Assembly (NCBI RefSeq): GCF_018350175.1
Contig: NC_058373.1
Span: 99,884,001 to 99,948,000, forward strand
Length of the DNA stretch: 64,000 bases
Source of the DNA: Felis catus
Taxonomy: Eukaryota
Reading direction: 5' to 3'
Position numbers and translations under genes: made by a program. Below the pieces are notes generated by a model. That model saw nothing but the letters and a program-made list of their open reading frames with translations. It did no database searches and had not been told where the DNA came from. Positions 12,241-24,429 of this stretch are shown in pieces. How positions within the stretch are numbered: the stretch's first letter is position 1; each line of letters opens with the position of its first letter.

Positions 12241-13569
12241 GTAGTTTTCAACATTCTGAAAATTTTTCAATGATTGTCTCCTCATTTGGAATCTTGTCCT
12301 CATCCTTTCTCTTTCCTCTCCTTCTAGAACTCCTAGTACACGTATGTTAATCTGTCTTAACTCCATCTGTCATGACTTTCTATCTCTTTTCTGTATCTTT
12401 CACCTTTGTGCCTCTCAGTGGTATATTCTGAATAATACCTATCATCTGTCTTCCAGTTAACTCATTCCAGTTTGTGTCTAATTTGAATTTTTTATTTTAG
12501 TTATTGTATCTTTTGTTTCTAAAAGTTCTGTTTGGATCTTTTTCAAATCCACTCTGGTGCCTTCTGTAACAGCCTATTTTCTGCTGTTGCTTGCCTTTTA
12601 TTTCTTGAAGCACAGTAAATATAGTTGTTTTTATAATATGTGTCTCTGAATATTAATATCTGAAGTTTTTATTGGTTTGTGTTTACTCTGAGCTAGTTCG
12701 CATTCATAGTGTGCTTGGTTTTTCCTTGTGTGCTTGCTTATCCTTTACTACATGTAGATCATTGTCTCTGAAAAACTTATTTGGAGGAATCATTTGAAGC
12801 CTAGTATGAAAGTGGCTTTCCCCCAAAGGGTATGTTTTTTCCAGGTTCCTAGTGTCAGAAGCTGTTTGGGACTATTTAAAACTGAATTCATTACTTGATG
12901 TTCTCTTGAACCACATAGATTGTCAATTTGGTTTGCCTGTCTTCTCAAGGGCTAGATGTAGTTCTGGATTTTGAGGGGGTGATTTTACTTTCGGGGTTTG
13001 TGTGGGTTCTTTTCTTTTCTTGCTTATTTGGTATCTAAACATCTTTCTTTGTAGTAGTCAAGGTGGAGGTTGTTGCTGTTGTTTTTCTTACTTTACTTTT
13101 ACCCCACAGGTGTAGCCCTTTGGAGTCCCAACTTTTCATCATGAGGGTTTGATTCTGGCCCCCATGACAAAGCTGAAGTCAAATTAGCTCACATGGACAA
13201 ATCCTTTTCAGGGAAAACACCTAAGTAATATATTTAGATTTTTGATCTGGTAATTTCTTGGTCTCTTGTCAGCCCTTCAATCCTTTTAAAGAAAGACTAT
13301 TTTAAAAATTACCTACCATGTTGAACTGTAGTCAGTAACAGGATTGATCCAAATGATATAGGCTGCCATATCCTTGGAACCACCTGGTAGTAGTTGTTTT
13401 CAGTTGCATATTTCTTTCAGGTATTTGATTCATGCCTTCTTGTGGGGATGCCTAGATGACATTCTGGTTAAATGGTATTATGAGCTTATCAGTGGGCACT
13501 TCTCTGCCTTCTTAACAGTTGGCCAAATTGCCCTCCAAATATTATCTCTTTTACATTAATACCAGCAAA

Positions 13570-14900
13570 TAGTTTTATATTTGGTATCTTTTCACTTTTT
13601 TGACATCTTGATCTCTCATCCCTATCTGATGCTAGTGAATAGTCACTATTGATAAGACACTCTTCTCTCTTGCCTAAAGGCACTGAAGTGATAACATGGT
13701 CCCTTGGTATTCTTCCTACCTCTCTGACAGCGGCTTAAAATACTTGAGTTCCCTGGGACTCAGTCTATTTTCATTCTTCATTCTTTCTCTAGGTGATCTC
13801 ACCCTTTCTCAAGGATTTAAACACCATCTATATGCTGAGGACTCCCAAATTGATCTCTCTGACCCCTAACTGTTGGCATGCCCTAAGTTTAGCAATTGAA
13901 ATGCCTTTCTGTTCTACCTACATTCATTCCCTTGTCTTTTCATTCAGTCTGTGGCTTTAAATATTATCCATACCCTGACAACTCCTAAATCTTTAGATCA
14001 GACCTCTTCTTTCAACTCTTGATTTGTATATCCAATTGAATGTCTAATAAGAATCTTAAACTTAACAGTTAAAAATTAAACTCCTGATTCTCCACCCACC
14101 TCCCAACCTGCTCCTACTGTTTATCCTTCCCCAGTTGATAGTAATTCTATTCTTCCAGTTGCTCAGCTCCAAGATCTTGGGTGTGTCCTGACTTGTCTCT
14201 TTCTCTTATACCTCACATTTAATCCATCAGCAAATCCTGTCAGCTATACTTTCAAAATATATCCAGAATCTTTACCATCCTAGGCCAAGCCATACCCTCA
14301 ATGCTCATCTGAATTGTTGCAATTGTCCTCCAACTATTCTGCCTTCTGTCAGAGTACTTAGCAGTCAGAGTAATCACTATGCCTGAAAAATTAGATCCTA
14401 TCACTCTCCTGGATACTCAGAGCCATCTAATGACTTCCCATCACACTTAGAATAGGAGGTCTTTGCCATGGCTTACAAAGCCTTGAATGATATGACCTTT
14501 GACTGTACGTCCAACCTCATTTTCTACTATTCGTTCTTCACATTCTATCCAATGATCTCTTTGGTGTTCTTCAATCATGTCAGGCTTTTTCCCAACTCAG
14601 GACCTTTGCACTTGCTACTCCCTCTATTCAAAACATTTTTTTTTCTTTCTCACAAAGACCCCTAAGTCTTGCTCCCTTGCTTCTTTTTTATTTTCTTTTC
14701 AAATATCTTCAGTGAGACTTTCCTTAACCACTCCTTATTTAAAAAGTCTCCCATACCACTTCCTGTCCACCTTTGCATTATTCTTCTTCATAAAAAGTTC
14801 TGATCACATAACTAACTGTATTTCCTTGTTTATTTTCTATCTCACATGCACTAGGGTGTAACTTCCATGAAGGGAAAGGGACTATGTTTTATTTGCACTG
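13570..14900 (+). mobile_element. L2 fragments (ORF2 end and 3' region)
   Basis: accatctatatgctgaggactcccaaat (recurs in diverged form near 13965), ttccagttgctcagctccaa and aatccatcagcaaatcctgtcagct are L2 motifs. Confidence 0.8.
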
Positions 14901-14909
14901 CCAAAAAGA

Positions 14910-15365
14910 GTTACACTCATTTTTACTTTCACAATTTCTGTGGGTCAGGAGTCCAGGCATGAATTTACTGTGTCTTCTGCTCAGGGTTTCACAAGCTGCA
15001 TTCTTACCTGGAAGTGCAAGGAGGATGAATCCACTTCCAAATTCATTCAGACTGTTAACAGAATTTATTTCCTTGGGTTACATGACTGAGAGCCCCAGGT
15101 TTTTGGCTGGCTGCTGACCAGAGGTCATCTTCAGGTCCAAGAGGCTGCCTGCAAGGTCTAGAGGAAATCCTACTTACTTCATTAAGCCAGGAAAGACAGT
15201 CTCTAAGTTCATGTTAGCAAGATGGATACACATACTGTAATTACAGAGTGACATCCATCACCTTAGCTATATTCTATTGGTTGGAAGCAAGTCATGGGTG
15301 CCACCCACACTTGAAGGGAGTGAATTATTGAACATACGGTGGCCACCCTGGGTTCTGTCAACTAA
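14910..15365 (-). mobile_element. MaLR MLT1(D/E)-like LTR
   Basis: tcacaatttctgtgggtcaggagtccaggca, cttctgctcagggtttcaca and tattctattggttggaagcaagtca. Confidence 0.7.
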
Positions 15366-15714
15366 ACTAGTGTACAACTGGTGAATAGATGAACAAAACT
15401 ATAATCAGTTTATTTACATGAGGTTTTTAATCCAGAGAGTCCCTCTTTACTCAAAGATAAACCATCAAATAGAAATTATTTTGATATTTTAAGGTTCCCA
15501 CAACGGTCTATGCAATTGTTGTTTTGGGAAAACTGAAATGATTTGTCTGTATTTGTCAAGTCACAATTGCCAAGATAAATGACTTTCCCATATTTCTAGA
15601 ATGTCAGCAAAATATTTTTGCTAACTTAGATTTGACAATGAAAGAACAATGGCTATTTCTCCATGTCTTCTAATTTCAATTTTATCATACTTTTTTCTTT
15701 TCCCTAATTCAGCA

Positions 15715-16095
15715 GGTTTGAGAGTCATTATGACCCTTGGTAAAAAAAAAAAAAAAAAAAAAAGGCGGTGGGAAGGACAGTGTCCATTAAGAATGTCTTT
15801 GATGAAGCAGTAAAATTGTTAATGTATTTGATTGAATTTTGAAACTTTTATGTGTATCTTATTAATGTTAAGTGACAAAATGGCAAGTACAGATAAAGAA
15901 CTGCTGTAGCATCCCAAAGTGTGATGTTTGTCTTGAGAAAAAACAATTGTGTGATTGTATCGAGAGTTGAGCTAGCTAAGGTTTTTTGTTTGTTTTTTCC
16001 ATAGAGTACCATTTGTGCTGGAAAGAAGGACAAACTGTGGTTATCTAGACTTGCATATTTGGCAGACATTTTCTAATATTAATGAAGTAAGCCAA
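15715..16095 (+). mobile_element. hAT-Charlie1 transposase remnant
   Basis: Decayed coding sequence gacaaactgtggttatctagacttgcatatttggcagacattttctaatattaatgaagtaagc, reading DKLWLSRLAYLADIFSNINEVS, a Charlie/Buster transposase motif. Confidence 0.7.
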
Positions 16096-16437
16096 ACAGT
16101 ACTGAGCCAACCTGGCACTCTTGATGTAACCCCCACTTACTCATTACATGCTAACTTTTTCATTTATCGTTGGATTCAATTTGCTAATATTTGCTACAGA
16201 TTTTGTGTGCATGCCTATGAAGAATATTGGCTGTTTTATTGTAATGTCTTTCTGTAGATTTTGATTTCAGGGCAATACAGACCAAGCCTATCCTTTTCTT
16301 CTGTTGTTTGTTTGTTTGTTTGTTTGTTTGTTTGTTTGTTTTTGGAAGAGCTTGATTCATATTATTTCTTCTGAAATGTTTGGATAAATTTGCCAGTGAA
16401 ATAGTCTGGGCCTGGGGCTTTCTTTTGTGGGAACAAT

Positions 16438-16625
16438 TATTGTTACTTTTATTTAGAGAGAGAGAAAGCACGAACTAGGGAGAAGGGTAGAGGGAGAGAG
16501 ACAGGGAATCTCAAATCAGGCTCCATGCTCACTCAGTGCAGAGCCTGAAGCAGGGCTCCTGGGATCATGACCTGAGCCAAAATTAAGAGTCGGGCGCTCA
16601 ACCAACTGAGCCACCCAGGCACTCC
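16438..16625 (-). mobile_element. Can-SINE
   Basis: Reverse-complement head accaactgagccacccaggcactcc. Confidence 0.9.
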
Positions 16626-16752
16626 TGTGGAGACATTTTAAACTACAAATTCGATTTCTTCAATAGATATAGGGTAAATAATGTTACCTATTTCTTCTTG
16701 AGTGAGAGTTGATGTTTGGGTCTTTTAAGGAATTTATCTAATTCATCTAAGT

Positions 16753-16921
16753 CAGGGGTTGACAAACTTTTTTTTTAAGTGCTACATAACAAATATTTTA
16801 GGCTAGCAGGCTACATGGTCTCTGCTACAACTACTCAGCCATACACAATATATAAACAAATATGCAGTGCTGTATTCCAATAAAACTTTATTTACAAAAC
16901 AGGCAATAAATAGCCCACCTC
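16753..16921. mobile_element. MER58A-like hAT MITE
   Basis: caggggttgacaaactttt...atggtctctgctacaactactca...ccaataaaactttatttacaaaacaggc. Confidence 0.8.
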
Positions 16922-18058
16922 TAAATTACCAAATTTATTATATTAACTTCTTAATAATATTGCCTTACTATCTCTTTAATGTCTATAGAATCTGTAGTGA
17001 TGTTCCCTTTCTTGGTCCTAATATTGGTGGTCTGTGTCTTTTTTCTTTGACTGCTCTAGCTAGAGGTTTATCATTTTTATTGACCATCTTTAAAAAAATC
17101 AGCTTTTGGTTTCATTAATTTTAGTCTGTTGTTTTCCTGTTTTCAATTCATTGCTTTATGCTTTTACCTTAAAAAATTTTTTTTCTTCTTATTTTGGATC
17201 TAAATTGCTCCTCTTTTTCTAGTTTCCTGAGATAGGGGTTTAGATTATTCAGATCCTTGTTTTCAAATCTAGATATTTAGTGCTATATCTTTCCCTCTAA
17301 GCCCAGTTTTAGCTGTGTCATACATCTTAATATGTTTGCTTTTTATTTTCATTCAATTCAAAATTTATCTGATTCTTTGAATTTTTCTTTGACTCATGGC
17401 TATTTAGAAGAACAGTGATTAATTTATGGAAGTTTGGAAAATTCCCAAATATCTTTCTATTATTGATATCTAGTCTAATTCTGTTGTGGCCAGAGAACAA
17501 ACTTTATATGGCTTAATCTCTTTGATTAGTTTAGATTTATTACATGACCCAAAATATAATCTACTTTGGTGAATATTTCATGTGCACTTAAAAAAAGAAT
17601 GTGTATTCTCTTGTTAGGTGGAATGTCCTGTAAATGTCAATTAAGTAAAGTTAATTATTGTTCATGTCTTTTAGACCCTTGTAGATATTCTGTTTATTAT
17701 TATATCAATTACTGGGAGAGTGTTGATGTCTCGAGCTATTTAATGGATTTGTCTGTTCTTCACCGTTCTATCAGCTTTTAAAGATCTGTTTTTAGATGCA
17801 TGTGCATTTAGAATTGTTACCTCCTCTTAACGAATCGACCTCTTTGTCATTATGTAACCTGCTTCTTTATTCAGGCTAAAAGTCCTTGTTCTGGTCTATT
17901 TTGCCTGATATTAATATAGCCACCACTCCAGTTATCTTTTTTGATTGGTGCTTCCAAGTTATATCTCATCTCATTATTTTTTAACCTATTTACATCTTCA
18001 TGTTTAAAGTTGGGGGTTTTTTGTAAAGTATAGAATTCTTTTAAAATCTACTCTGACT

Positions 18059-18221
18059 GGGGTGCCTGGGTGCCCCATTTGATTAAGTGCCAGACTCTTC
18101 ATTTTGGCTCAGATCATGATCTCACAGTCATGAGGTCAAGCCCCACATCAGGCTCCACACTGGGCACAGAGCCTGCTTAAAATTCTCTCCCTCTCCCTCT
18201 GCCCCTCCCTTGCTCATGCGC

Positions 18222-18258
<37 letters not shown>

Positions 18259-18267
18259 AAAAAAAAA
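18059..18267 (+). mobile_element. Can-SINE
   Basis: Head, (CT)n and A-tail. TSD aaaatctactct. Confidence 0.92.
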
Positions 18268-18681
18268 AAAATCTACTCTAACAATTTCTGCCTTTGAATT
18301 GGGGTGTATAGACCATTTACTTTAATATATGTATTGCTATGTGTGTATTTAACTCTATCATTTTGTCAGCTTTTTCTTATTTGTCCTATTTTTGTTATAG
18401 TCTTGCCTTCTTTTGGATTATTTTCTAGTTAGTTTTATCTTTTATTTTATTATTTAGTTGTATCTTTTTTTTATTTTTAGTGATTGCTCAGGGACTTATA
18501 ACAATTTACCTCTAAATAGTACTATACTACTTCACATAAAATAGACCTTTACTACATTATATTTCAATTTCTTCCCTCATTCTTTGTGCTGTGTTATTGT
18601 CAGATTTTTTTTATTGTCATAGATTTTACTTTTATATATGTGTGAATCTCACAATATATTGTTCCAGTTTTTGCTTTAGAC

Positions 18682-18770
18682 TAGGGGTTGGCAAATAATG
18701 GCCAGCAGGCCAAATCCAACCTATGGCCTGATTTTGTATAGCCCCTATTTTTTTTTTAGAGTTGTAAAAA
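18682..18770. mobile_element. MER58-type terminal fragment
   Basis: aggggttggcaaataatggccagcaggccaaatccaacc...gcctgattttgtatagccc. Confidence 0.6.
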
Positions 18771-20567
18771 GGAGAGAGTGAGAGAGAACAAGAGAGGGAA
18801 CAAGGATGGGAATCTGTTTCTTTGCCTAGCTTCAAGATTTTATCTTTTTTTTAGTAATTTGACTATTATGTGTCTAGGTGTTTTATTTGTAAATTATCCT
18901 ACTTGGAGATTTGTGAGCATCTTAGATCTGTGATTTATTGTCTTTCACTAATTTTTGAAATTTCTCAGCCACTATCTCTTCAAATACTTCTGCTTTGTCT
19001 CTTTTTCTCCTGGAATTCCAATTTCATGTGTGTTAAATTGTTTGATATTATCCCCCAGGTTTTGATTCATCTGTCTTGTTTTATTCACTTATTATTGTTC
19101 TCTTTGTGTTTCACTTTGGGTAATTTCCACTGACCTATTTTCAAATTCCACTTCTTTCCTCAGCTGTGCCAAGTCTATTGATGAACCCACCAAAGGCATT
19201 CTTCATTGCTGTTAGCATCTTTTGTCATCTCTAGCATTTCCATCCCAGCTAAAATTTACCATTGTTCAGGCAGGTTGTCCATCTTTTCCATCAAATCCTT
19301 TAACACCTCAATCCCAGTTACTTTATGGTCTCAGCCTCACAGTTCCAATATTTGGGAGTCTCTGAGTTTAGTTCCATCATGCTTCATCTCTTCACAATGG
19401 GTTTTTTCTTACATTTCTTTTAGTCTTAGAATTTTTGACTGAATGTCAGACATCTGTGGAGATTAGTAGAGAGTGATGAATAATGTCTACACCTGACCAT
19501 TAGTGTGAAGGTCTGAGCAAATCTAGTCAGTTGAAACTGGTTTTGATTTTGTTATTTTTACTTTTATCGTACTATGGTCTGTGTGTTCCTTTAGGGATGG
19601 GCTGCTGTCATCTTGTACTTGGAGTCGGACCCAAGTGCCAGAGGTTTATTTCCTGGCTCTACCCTCAGCTTTCAGCAAGCCCTGGTTGCCTGTGTTATCC
19701 CAAAATCTTGTGCTTCCCGAAGTCACAAACTGCTATTGTTTATTATTTCATACTGAGCTGATGATGGGTGGGGGTAGAAGTTCTTGGTTCTCCTTGGCCA
19801 TTCTCAGACTTAGGTAGGGTCTGTGTACTTGGTACCTGTGGTAGTACCTTCTCAGAATTTCTGGCTCCTCCCCCATGGCAGCTAAACATGGCAGAGGCAC
19901 TACTCACAGTTCTTGGACAGAAGTGTTCTTATGTCCTCCCAGTAATAGATTTCTGCTTGGTATTGGGGCAGGATCCTGGGCCTAAGAGATGTTCTGCCTC
20001 TCTCCAAGGGCAAAAAGTTTTGTACTTACCCCTTCCACAGAGGCAATGGGCCCTGGATACAGGAAGGTTTGCTCTGTCTCCACCAGTGTCTAATTGCTTT
20101 CTTATACCAGAGAAAGGTCTGAGGAAGTGAGTAGTGTTTCACGTCTGTCATGCAATACCATTCCATCAACCATTACCTGCATGTTTTGTCCCTGAGGGAT
20201 CTCTTCCTACCAAGCTCCTTCCCTATGGGTTCTCATTAGTACCCAGTGGAGATTTATAGGAAGGAAACCTTGAGTGAATGAATGTTAATTACTGTCATAT
20301 CAGGGCTCCCACTTATTCTAAGGGTATATTTTAATCCACATTTGGCCTTTAAAGAATACTCTAAAAATTCAGGTGATTTCTGTTGGAAGACAATTCTTCC
20401 AGGGTCTCCTATTTCCAAGTGATTTATGAATAGAAGCACTGACTTCATTTTGGACCACCTTTTCAGCCTGGGAAAATACAGATAGGTTTGATTACTGTCT
20501 ACTATCATAAAGATGTCTCCCTCAAGAGCTAAGGGCAAGCATGCTTAATACCTATTACAAAATATTT

Positions 20568-20800
20568 AGGTTCTCTGAGCTCAGGGTTCCTCCCTTGCAG
20601 TGCAACCCACTGCCTATATAGGTTTCACCTGGCCCTCTTCTGATGGCACTGTGGGATTGGGGATCAGAGATCTAGTACAAATACTGACCCTCTGATAAAT
20701 GCTATTACAGTGAGTAATAAAGTCCTTTTTCTCTGATTCAGGAAACTGTGGCACACTAACTTATAATTTGAAGGTAAAGTAAAATCTTAGACTCTTCCAA
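20568..20800 (+). mobile_element. ERVL-type LTR 3' fragment (MER76-like)
   Basis: gtgagtaataaagtcctttttctctga...gaaactgtggc...gtaaaatcttagac resembles the recalled MER76 3' end. Confidence 0.5.
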
Positions 20801-20943
20801 AGATATATATATATCTTTCTGCTTTAGTATTCTATTCTCTGCCAAAGGGGAAACCATTCATGTATCCTGTCTCCCCTTGAAAGGTCTTGTTGAGTTCCTT
20901 TGGTTACCTTCTCTGATGGGTGTTAAAGAAAATTATGATTTAT

Positions 20944-21157
20944 GGGGCACCTGGGTGGTTCAGTTGTTAGAGCATCTGACTTCAGCTCAGGACATGATCT
21001 TGTGGTTTGTGGGTTCCAGCCCTGCATCAGGCTCTGTGCTGACAGCTCAGAGCCTGGAACCTCCTTCAGATTCTGTGTCTCCCTCTCACTCTGCCCCTCT
21101 CCTACCCATGTTGTGTCTCTTTCTCTCTCAAAAATAAATAAACATTAAACAATTTTT
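20944..21157 (+). mobile_element. Can-SINE
   Basis: Full SINE. TSD aattatgattt. Confidence 0.94.
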
Positions 21158-21733
21158 AATTATGATTTCTTGTTGTTAGGATGGGGTAACATTCTCTTGC
21201 AGCTTTCTACATCTTAAGGGGAGACACAGCTCCCAAGGTATACCTATTTGATTACTTTCTATTGCCAAAGATAGACACTTACTGATTTGTAAAGTCTATT
21301 GTTCTGCTAATGTACATGTTTAGCTTTTTAAAGCAGCATAAGCTCAGATGAGGAACTCTAAGAATTTTGAAAAACTGTCCATGGGATGTTTTATCACAGA
21401 GCTGGAAGCAATGGACTAAGAATGTTGACCTTCCAGCATAGGTGAGGCCAGAGAGGGTGAAAGAATCTGATTCATGAGAGACATTCTGCAGAATGTACAT
21501 GTGAAGTGGCCACCAAGTCTTCTAGAAGACCGGGGTGTGTGTGGGGGGGGCGACATTTAGGAAAACTATAACCACTTGGTGTTAGAGGGCTTTTTAAGTT
21601 CTCAAAAATGAACAGGAGTATATGACAGAAAACCCTGAAAAGGATACAAAGAACAGATAGAAGAACAGCAAGTGGTATTGTGAGAAAACTCACTACATTC
21701 ACTCTCACTTTCTGGTAAACAGAATCTAGATTT

Positions 21734-21944
21734 TTTTTTTTTGTTTGTTTTTATGTTTACTTATTTTCTTTGAGGAAGAGAGCACAAGGGGAGGGGCAGG
21801 AGAGAGGAAGAGAGAGAATCCCAAGCAGGCTCCATGCTGTCATGCAGAGCCTGATGTAGGGCTCCATCTCATGAATTGGGAGATCATGATCTGAGCTGAA
21901 ATCAAGAGCTGAACACCAACTGACTGAGCCACCCACGTGCCCCC
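21734..21944 (-). mobile_element. Can-SINE
   Basis: Reverse-complement SINE. TSD agaatctagattt. Confidence 0.94.
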
Positions 21945-21959
21945 AGAATCTAGATTTCT

Positions 21960-22252
21960 TTTGTGAGATTTACCTCTTCTGCATTGTGAAAGTCTGGTTA
22001 GGGCTCCCACCTAAAGTGCCCACTCTTCCCCTATCCAAGTTTCCCAGGATGCCCTGAGTCACAAAAGATAGAAAAGCAGTTGGAACTGATTCATCACTGA
22101 GCTGTTAGTTTCTCATACATCGATCCTAGAACAGCCTTGGTTCCCATCTTCTTAAAATGTGGCTTAATTTTTCCTCTAACTCTGTGAATTACCCAACATT
22201 CCCATTTTGCTTAAGTTTCTGTTACCTGCAACCAAAGAAACCCAATTGATAC
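21960..22252 (+). mobile_element. old MLT1-type LTR 3' part
   Basis: Terminus ttttgcttaagtttctgttacctgcaaccaaagaaacccaattgataca. Confidence 0.55.
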
Positions 22253-22363
22253 AGGGTAATACAGGTCAATTGATAATACAGTATCCATTGATACAGGTCC
22301 AACAGAGGGCATGACGGAGGTCAAAGGAAGCTTTTGAACATAGGTAGCCTGAAATCTTGATAC

Positions 22364-22369
22364 TTTATT
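22364..22369 (-). promoter_or_regulatory. candidate polyadenylation signal AATAAA
   Basis: tttatt on the plus strand at the distal end of the unique post-stop sequence, shortly before LTR-derived sequence. A second hexamer lies at 22488-22493. Confidence 0.5.
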
Positions 22370-23178
22370 TGAAATTATTAAAAGAACATGTCAACAACTG
22401 TCAAATTGGGTATGGTACAATAATCGATTTTATGTTTCTGTGTGCTTATAGTTAATTAGCATTTTCTAATGGTTAGGCTAGTGTTATTTTATTGCTACAA
22501 TTAGAGTTCATTCTCAAATCTCCCATGTTAGAAATCAAAACAAATGAAAATGAACTGAAATAATATCCATTACATGCTACAGGAAAAATATCAAGAAGGG
22601 GGTGCTAACAGTAGCAAATGATCTATGTTACAGTGAAATATAGCTATTTTTGCTTTTTAAGATTCTATTTATGAACCCAATTGTACTAGGCAAACTGTAT
22701 GTGCAGAAAATTTCAAGAACCAGATACCCCAAGGAGGTATTAAAAGGGAGAAATATAGTGGAGCGCAAAGTACCATGTTCTCAACAAATGTCTCAAAAAT
22801 ATGCACCAAGCAAAAATGAGACAAACTGCTACAAGCAGATCACCCTGACAAGTAAGTGCTTTTGGAATGAAAAATTAATTTTTTAGCTAATCTTTCCCTC
22901 TCATTCTATAGATGAGGCTCTATGGCTTCTCCTCTCCATTATATAGATGAGGGAGACCAAATGATTTTTCCAAAGCTTACAAAGGTACATTTCACACATG
23001 ACTTAGATCGGGGAGCCTTTTTGTGAAGAGGATAGCAGAATGTATAAATTCTCTTCAACTTAGCAATATAACTTGTAGAATTAAGAGGTTTTAAGATTCT
23101 CTTATATACGTTTTTATATATTATAAACATACAAGGTTATATAGATTATCATACACAACTATATATAATGTATATAAT

Positions 23179-23204
23179 TGTGTGTGTGTGTGTGTGTGTG
23201 TGTG
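23179..23204. repeat. (TG)n microsatellite in the probable 3' UTR
   Basis: Directly visible. Confidence 0.95.
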
Positions 23205-23405
23205 TATACATCTCATCCTGAGTCCTTTTTAGTGTTATCTCATTACTGTTCAAAAATATAAAAAAGAATTTATAATAAAAGATATGGTTGTGTTCAGATA
23301 TAATTGGGATAAGACCACCTAATATGTATTTATCTTTAATATCCAAGATTTTTTTCAAATATAACTAAGCAGAATAAGAACATTCTACCACAGGTTAGTT
23401 TCAAA

Positions 23406-23613
23406 CAAGATTACTCAACCTTGGCGCTACTGATATTTGGGCAGGATAATTCTTCGTTGTGAGGGGCTGTCCAATGCATGATAGGGTATCTAGCAGCATC
23501 CGTGGCCTCTACCCACCCCTAGATGCTAGTAATACCCCTAGTCACAAGCAAAAATGTCTCTTGACATTGCAAAATGTCCCTTCGGGGCAAAACTCCTTGG
23601 TTTAAAAACACTG
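23406..23613 (-). mobile_element. MER20 (hAT-Charlie) in the probable 3' UTR
   Basis: Full-length match to the recalled MER20 reverse complement: ctcaaccttggcgctactgatatttgggcaggataattctt...tagcagcatccgtggcctctaccca...aaaatgtctcttgacattgcaaaatgtccc...cactg. Confidence 0.9.
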
Positions 23614-23770
23614 GTTTTAACATCATGTCTACAACAAAGCAAATACAACTTCCAGCTGTATGATAACACTCTGAAGTCAACTATGATTAACCTAGAGTTA
23701 AATTTTTATTCTAATTCAAAATATATCATGGCTAGACCCAAGTTAAATTAATTATACCAGTTTTTGTCTA

Positions 23771-24036
23771 GAGCTGAACTTCCAATACAGTAGTCAGTCA
23801 CTAGTCACATCGGAAGGGAGATGCATAGTGAGGGTGAAATACGCACTGGATTTTGAAGACTTGACAGAAAAAAAGAATGTAAAAATATCGTAATTTTTAT
23901 GTTAACTGAGCTAGTTTGGGTCTACTTGGTGAAATATTAAAATTAATTTCATCTGCTTTTACTTTTTTTAAAGGTGCTACTATAAAATTCTAAGTTACAT
24001 ATATGGCTCACATTATATTTCCATTGGACAACAATG
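23771..24036 (-). mobile_element. MER33/MER3-like hAT element in the probable 3' UTR
   Basis: tccaatacagtag...cactagtcacat, cactggattttgaagactt and ttacatatatggctcacattatatttccattggaca. Confidence 0.8.
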
Positions 24037-24160
24037 GCCTAGAGACTGGAAGTGATTTAGTATTAATTTATAATAAATTCTTCAGTCTACCAAATAAGCT
24101 ACAAAGACTTTGTAAAGCTCTCCACAGCCCTATGAAACCAGCTCATAACTCTTTTGAGAA

Positions 24161-24429
24161 TCACAATTCTTTATTGTCATGCCTAAATGATTTGTCTCCT
24201 TCTTTAAACCAATTACTTCTATTCCAATGCTTTATTCTCAGTGTTTCAACTGGTTCTTTTCTGATTGTTGATTTATCTTCATGTTGTTGTTTATCATTCT
24301 TTTGCATGTTAGTTTCTTTTGTACACTCAGGCTCTTTCCTTGTGGGATGTTGAGATGCTGCGGCATCCATCATACTTAGAAAATCATAAGCAGGAAGAGG
24401 AGGTTTCCATTCCTGAGCAGGTAAAATTG
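24161..24429 (-). CDS. TXNDC16: TXNDC16 terminal coding exon to TGA stop
   Basis: cttccttccag|CA ATT TTA completes ACA (Thr), then ILPAQEWKPPLPAYDFLSMMDAAASQHPTRKEPEC...ETLRIKHWNRSNWFKEGDKSFRHDNKEL*. Stop TGA at 24163-24161. Confidence 0.96.

Larger units (their letters stand above)
8065..13370 (-). mobile_element. ancient L1M remnant, fragmented by nested SINEs, L1 and LTRs
   Basis: T-rich sequence with antisense L1 motifs (gatttctagtttaattgcaccatgatcagagaatatattc; ttttcactgaatataaaattt; ttctccttctagaactcct) that resume after each insertion. Confidence 0.65.
16100..20540 (-). mobile_element. old L1M (MB-MD type) internal and 5' remnant
   Basis: Antisense ORF2 motifs ttggattcaatttgctaatattt, ccagtgaaatagtctgggcctgg and ggtgaatatttcatgtgcactt, followed by ORF1/5' region sequence. 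Confidence 0.75.
22345..24160 (-). other. TXNDC16: probable TXNDC16 3' UTR (~1.8 kb)
   Basis: AT-rich, mostly non-repeat sequence after the stop codon, ending near minus-strand AATAAA hexamers. The cleavage site is inferred, not observed. Confidence 0.6.

Noticed and set aside
15715..16095. Domesticated transposase gene
   Set aside because: Only a short frameshifted Charlie fragment with no sustained reading frame, truncated by an L1.
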